A stretch of 63,934 nt of DNA, counting the filler, from Olpidium bornovanus S191 (taxonomy: Eukaryota > Fungi > Olpidiomycota): NCBI GenBank assembly GCA_017911155.1. It is 30 parts of 30 records of this genome, joined end to end, with 100 filler letters (N's around TTAATTAATTAA, not from the genome) between each part and the next. Parts side by side here need not be neighbours in the genome. Positions count along the whole stretch, not along the records: positions 57,987 to 61,126 come from JAEFCI010003186.1; positions 61,227 to 62,791 come from JAEFCI010002506.1; positions 62,892 to 63,934 come from JAEFCI010007033.1; 27 more parts are not named here. One strand, 5' to 3'. Shown piece after piece: positions 58,507-63,934 of this stretch. The notes beneath the pieces are model-generated. The model was not told the DNA's origin and ran no database searches. It saw only the letters and a program-made list of their open reading frames with translations. The number at the start of each line of letters is the position of its first letter. Within the stretch, counting starts at the first letter, position 1. Both the position numbers and the translations under genes were made by a program.

Positions 58507-60630
58507 TCAATCCGCCGGCACCACCCCCCCGCCGGCCGCGTTCCTGACGAACTGGAAAAAGAACCCGACGGCGCCGTGGAGGCCGGCGACGCTGGCGACC
58601 TCGTTGACGTCGTGGAAACCCGGCGGGAGCTCGCTGCGCCTGACGACCACGGGGGTGAACCTGAAGGCGTTCCGCGTCAGCGGGAGGTAGTGCCAGCTGT
58701 CCGTGTTCATGGGCAGCAGCGCAGGTGTAACCACGGTCCCGCGGCCGAACACCCCCCGAATTGTCCCGGCGAGCAGGCGATAGGCGTCCGAGCAGGGCGG
58801 GGCGACGGGCGACGGGTCCCGCGAACCGGGCCTCGCGGAATACCTAAGCGTTCCCGAGTATGATGGCGACCGAGGCGCAGGCGCGGCCGCGTTTGCGCCC
58901 TGGTGGGGAGAGGCCCGTGCCGCCGTCGCGCGCAATGAAGTAACGTCGTAGTTTAAATCAGCAATCTATCGCAGCCAAGGTGATGTTGCCTCGATCAGCG
59001 TACACTCTGATCTTCGAGAAACTGCGTTACCTCCTGCTCACCTCGACATCCGCGTCGTCGCCAGTAAACTCGAGGTCGTGCTCTTCCGCGAAACTCTTGG
59101 CGTAAGCGATGATTTTGTTCCTGACCTGCGCCAAAGACAATTCCACGGCGATTCGGAAGTTGACTGTCGCGTTCGCGGATCGCGGGACAACGTTGGCCGC
59201 GACGCCGCCGCGGAAAACCGTGACTGCAGTCGTGGTCCGAAAATTGTGCGCGAGATCCGGCAGGCGTCTGGTAAGGTAAGCCGCGACGACAGACCGGAAT
59301 CGGCGAGCGTGGGAGGCGAGAAACCTTTCCCAGAGCGATAGACGAGACAGATCGAGGTGGGCGGCCAGGCACTCGATGCTCCCAAGGACGGAATTATCTT
59401 CGGAGAGGCCCGCCGGAAACGGGTCCGCCTCTATCCGATTGATAAGCAGTGACATTAGACCGACGGAAGTGTGCAGCGGCGGATTGGACACGTGTCCGCC
59501 GCCGGTTTCGATCCGAAATGCAGCGGTCATCTTCCCCTTCTCGGCCGTGCCGACCATGGCGAAAGTCGTGTACTCATCTTCACGTCTCCCCGCTTCGGCC
59601 AACCGGCGGTCAGGCCCGACGCCGGCACCCGCAAGATTCGCCGCAGCGTCCGTATTCAATTCTACGAGGGGCGTCCCCTCGTCAATCAACAAAAACAGCT
59701 CAGTTATACCCTTCACGTTCACAAGGTGCCAGGAGATAGCCCTGGCCCCAGCCATTCCGCCCAGTTCCTCGTCATGGCCGAATCCCAACAGGATGCCACG
59801 AGTCGGCTCACGGAAGCCCGACTCCAGTAGCAGCTCCATCGCTTCCATAATTGCCACCACGCTCCGCTTGTCATCCACGGCGCCACGACCCCAGATGTAG
59901 CCGTCCTCAACTTTCCCAGAAAATGGGTCGAACCGCCACTCATCGATCGTGGAAGCGACGACGGGAACCACGTCGAGGTGGGCCGTCAGGAGAATTGGCA
60001 GCAAGGAGGAATCGGAGCCTGGGAAGTAATATAGTAGACTGAAGTTTGCGATGGTTTCTCGCTGGAAGTGCTCGTGGACCAGCGGGTATCTTCTCTCCAG
60101 TTCGCCGTGCAACCCTCTAAAAGCTTCTTCACGGCTTTGTCGGTCGCGCGCGATCGGTGAGCCGGCGATGCTGACAGTGCGATGTCTTCAACGGGTGACG
60201 GCTCGAAGTGAATATCTGGTGCGGGCGTTGCGATCCGGCAACGCGAATCGTCTCCACCTCGCGACGCGCTGCAGGAGCCATCAACGCCGTCTAACCTCAC
60301 AAGCGCGCCAAGGTTATCCGCAACCCTGCGCCGATGATCCTCCGATTCGCCTGAGGTTTGCCGGAACAACCGCTCGAACACGACGTCGAGCTCCCTTCGT
60401 TCCGGAGGCAAGAGCGGCCGGGTCTGAGGGCAGGTTCCGGCAGGCCCCACCGCACCCTTTCGGCCAGGCGGCCTCAGACGGAGGTAGAGTGAATGCTGGA
60501 TGACCGCGCCGAGTGCGAAAACCACGGCGCACGCGTTCAGCACCATCCGGATCGCCCGGGCCGCCGAGGCCGAGGCGTCAGTCTGCCGCAGTGTCCGGCG
60601 GCGGCGCAGGAGCTTACGTGCGGAGTCCAT
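58507..60630 (-). CDS. Peptidase M20, Gly-Xaa carboxypeptidase (CPS1/PM20D1-like) with N-terminal membrane anchor
   Basis: PILLTAHLDVVPV, IWGRGAVDDK, FGHDEELGG, AEKG, GGHVSNPP, TTTAVTVFRGGVAANVVP, NTDSWHY, FHDVNE. Confidence 0.93.
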
Positions 60631-62139
60631 GTGGAACGAGGGGCGAGGGCTCGACCGACGGAACACGCCGGTGGAGCCGACCGGCCGACGTGCGCGGCTG
60701 GCTCGTCGCCCTGGCGGCGGAGCGGCGCCACACGCCGGATCCGAATCCGAAAACGGCACGTTCGTCCCACTCGCACACACACAGCGCCGCCCACCACACG
60801 CTCTTGCTCTTCCCGAGCAAAGCACCCACGAGACCTTTTCCCTAGATGTCAAACCTTTTTAATGGCGGGATACGAGAAAAAAATGATTTGCTTCGTTCTG
60901 GTGTCGTCATTTTCCGGCTTTTTTCTGAATTCGTCTTCGCGTTATCTCAGCCCCTCTTTCATCACGGGCTGGAACGGCCGCGGCTCCGTTTGCCCCTTTG
61001 TCCGCTTCATGACCTGGCCGACGAACACAACTGCACGGCGCCTTGTTGGCTTTGCTCTCCCGGACGTCCCGAACCTGCTCGTTGACAAATCACGTACGGC
61101 TACCCTCTGCACGCTAACAACAGGCANNNNNNNNNNNNNNNNNNNNNNNNNNNNNNNNNNNNNNNNNNNNTTAATTAATTAANNNNNNNNNNNNNNNNNN
61201 NNNNNNNNNNNNNNNNNNNNNNNNNNCATGGAAGCGATCCTGGTTCTGTTTTCTGCACCCAGTCCCGCGCATTATTCTTTAGAGAGATACATCCCCAACA
61301 CGCCTGGGAAGGCGGGTCGTGGAGGAGGCGAGATGTTGGAGGAGAGCGTGGCCGCTACCCCCTCTCCCATAAAAAAGGAATAACCGCCCCCATTGCTTGT
61401 AGCGGCTTGCTGCGATTACCTAGGAGAACAATAAAAAACCACAAAAACGAGAAACGGCGTTCGGACCCCCCTTACAAAAGCGACCTGCCACTGCGACCCC
61501 GTACGACGCGGAGGCCGGCAGCTCCTTGGGCCTATGGAGGAAGGACGGATGACGCGGTCTGCCCGCCGACGCTCTTTTCAAGGGCCCTTCGAAGGAGGCT
61601 TCGCGTTATTCTGCGGTGGAACCCCATGGGGTGCGTCTCTACCCACGGAAGCCACAGCCTTGCAGCAAGAGCCCTCGCTATCCCTTGGACCCCCCTCCAA
61701 ACTCGACGTCGTGCCCAAGTAGGCCAATAGCAGGCAGTGGAGGCAGTATTGTTCAGGAAGCTCGGCTTGTTGGTTTTGTGTCGGGAAGATCTGCCGGGCG
61801 CAGGCGTCTGCAGATAGACTGCCGGCAACAGTTGAGTATGCAGCGCAGGCGCCTCAACAGAGTGAAAGGTATGTAGCAGATGGGGCAGAGCAGCGGCACT
61901 AGTCGCGCGAACGGTTCCGGTCAGTCTTTGCTGCGGATCATTGATTCGGTTGTTGCTGCGGAAGCTCATTCTTTTCCCCGCTTTTTTTGGTTTTGGCCTT
62001 CCCCGCAGAAATAAACTCGGCGCCAGGCTGCGCACTTTTGACCCCTTCCCGCAAATTATCAATAATACCAATTATCGATAATTGCTCTCAATGATGTAAT
62101 TTTTGAATGTCCCGTCTATAAAAAGCGAAGCAGGACACC

Positions 62140-62791
62140 ATGGTTTCAGACATCAAAGACAAAATGTTCGCCCATAACTACCTCAAAGACGACGATTTCC
62201 TTCGTTTCCTTCTCAACGTCAAAAAACCTTCAAATCCTTGACGACATGAAATACGAAGATCCCAAACTCGTCCAAACTTTTATCGATTTAAAGATGCGTT
62301 CAAAAGGAAAGGAAAAGGCACAAGATGTTCCGATGGAATCTGAACCTCCTAAACCTGAGCCTGACGCAGTTGTTCAATCTGATCCCGAATTTATTTTTAA
62401 GACTTTCACAAAATCCTGAAAGGTTTTTCTAAAGGTAACTTGTCACCCGTGAAGGAACTGTTTATACGAATTCAGCTGACTGCAAAGGAGTACTTATGGA
62501 GAACCCATTAATGGCAATCGATTTCTATGATTTTGTATCGGATTGTTAGTGTCCGGAGAGAACGATTTTTGCTTTGTTTTGCGTGCTTAGGAATATTACA
62601 GACGAGGAAATATCTAAACTGGGAATGTTTCAAAAAACACCGCTTGTTTCATACATTGAGGTTGCCGGCGAGATGCCGGCTGACACCATTGGCACAGCTA
62701 AAACAGCCGTCGACCGCAAGATGTCAGTCCACACCGTTGGTACGGACGAAACGGTCGACTTGGGTGAGAAGCCCATTGAGAGGGCATGCAA
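62140..62791 (+). pseudogene. Low-GC degenerate coding region of unknown origin
   Basis: TATAAAAA at 62117 and ATG at 62140. Protein-like segments lie in shifting frames with internal stops, and codons look AT-richer than host genes. Confidence 0.4.
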
Positions 62792-62891
62792 NNNNNNNNN
62801 NNNNNNNNNNNNNNNNNNNNNNNNNNNNNNNNNNNTTAATTAATTAANNNNNNNNNNNNNNNNNNNNNNNNNNNNNNNNNNNNNNNNNNNN

Positions 62892-63255
62892 CATGGCGCG
62901 GCTGCGGCTCTCTGACTCGATCGAGATCGGGGACGTCGACGAGGCGCTGCGCCTGATGGAGGCCTCCAAGTCCTCGCTCACGAGCGACCGAAGCGGCGTC
63001 GACGACGCCGCGCACCACGACCGCACGCCGACGTCCGCCATATACCAGGTCATCCGAGACTACGCCCAGACGGCCGGCCCCGACGGCGGCTTCCAGGCGA
63101 GCCACCGGTACAGTGCCGTCCGCGACCGCGTGCTCGCCAAGGGCTTCACCGAGGAGCAACTTAGCGACTGCATCCGCGAGTACGAGGAGATCAACATCTG
63201 GATGCTCAACCCGGCCAGGACGACCCTCACGTTCGTCACGGGAGGTGACCAATAG
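62892..63255 (+). CDS. MCM7: MCM7 C-terminal winged-helix region (last exon)
   Basis: ARLRLSDSIEIGDVDEALRLMEASKSSL...KGFTEEQLSDCIREYEEINIWMLNPARTTLTFV. Confidence 0.93.
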
Positions 63256-63812
63256 GGGGAAGAAGGGGAAGGGATCGAGAGAGATGAGGGGTAGGAAGGG
63301 GCAGGGGAGGGGGGGGGGTGTCCGCGAAGTGAAGCGGAATAAAATAATGATAAAATTATTAAAAAAGCAGCCGGGCCGGGGTTTCCCGTACACCATGTTT
63401 TTTTTTTGTTTCGTTAATGAGACCGTCGAGTAACCCGACCTGGCTTCGACCGTACTTTTCGCGGGGGGCACCCCGCCAAAAAAAAAAAAACAAAGAACGA
63501 GAAAAAAAAAAAGGAAAAAGGAAGAAGGAAAGGGGATTTTTTTGATGTGTGAATGTGCAGGCGTTCCGAGGAGTTATGGGGCGTTCCTGCAAAGCGTGGT
63601 TCCCCAGCCTGATTTGTAAGGACCACTCACAGGACACGATAACCGCCATTGGCGAGACACCGAGAGTACCTGTAATGCCAAACATTCGCATTTTCACGCA
63701 TTTCGGGGTGCGGTCTCTAGCTAACGAGCACAGGCCTGCGTTCATCAGAACATCCTTTTTTTCATTTTGCTATTTCTCGATTCGAGACGCGCGCGTGGTT
63801 TTTTCTTTTTTT

Positions 63813-63845
<33 letters not shown>

Positions 63846-63934
63846 GTTAAGCGCAGTTGGAGACCACGCGTGTTGGACCGAGGGAAGCAGAGGGGTTGGG
63901 GGTGATCGAGGCGCTGCTGGCGAAGTGGCCGTCC

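Overview
This window is not one locus. It is about 30 short eukaryotic contigs joined by 29 artificial 100-bp spacers (44 N + TTAATTAATTAA + 44 N), so neighbourhood across spacers means nothing. The DNA is GC-rich and intron-rich with fungal-type genes. It carries axonemal genes (DNAI2, CFAP58-like, RIB43A, NME7) and talin, which points to a flagellated early-diverging fungus; an Olpidium-like or chytrid-grade organism is my inference. Recognisable gene fragments: talin, Vta1, a DHHC palmitoyltransferase, OGG1, URM1, URB1, Bem46/ABHD13, LST8, an AN1 zinc finger, an M20 carboxypeptidase, MCM7, two repeat-rich secreted proteins and a frameshifted COPA fragment. Mobile DNA: a Ty3/gypsy gag-pol with a -1 slippery site, a DIRS-type relic, a pogo relic and TSD-flanked solo LTRs. 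Two signals stand out. (1) A miniature non-coding LTR element (TRIM) whose 132-bp LTR contains a complete tRNA cloverleaf, with a half-tRNA(iMet) primer site shared by a second, longer element. (2) Two AT-starting U12 (minor-spliceosome) donor sites in the DHHC gene. All identifications come from reading and motif recall; no searches were run.
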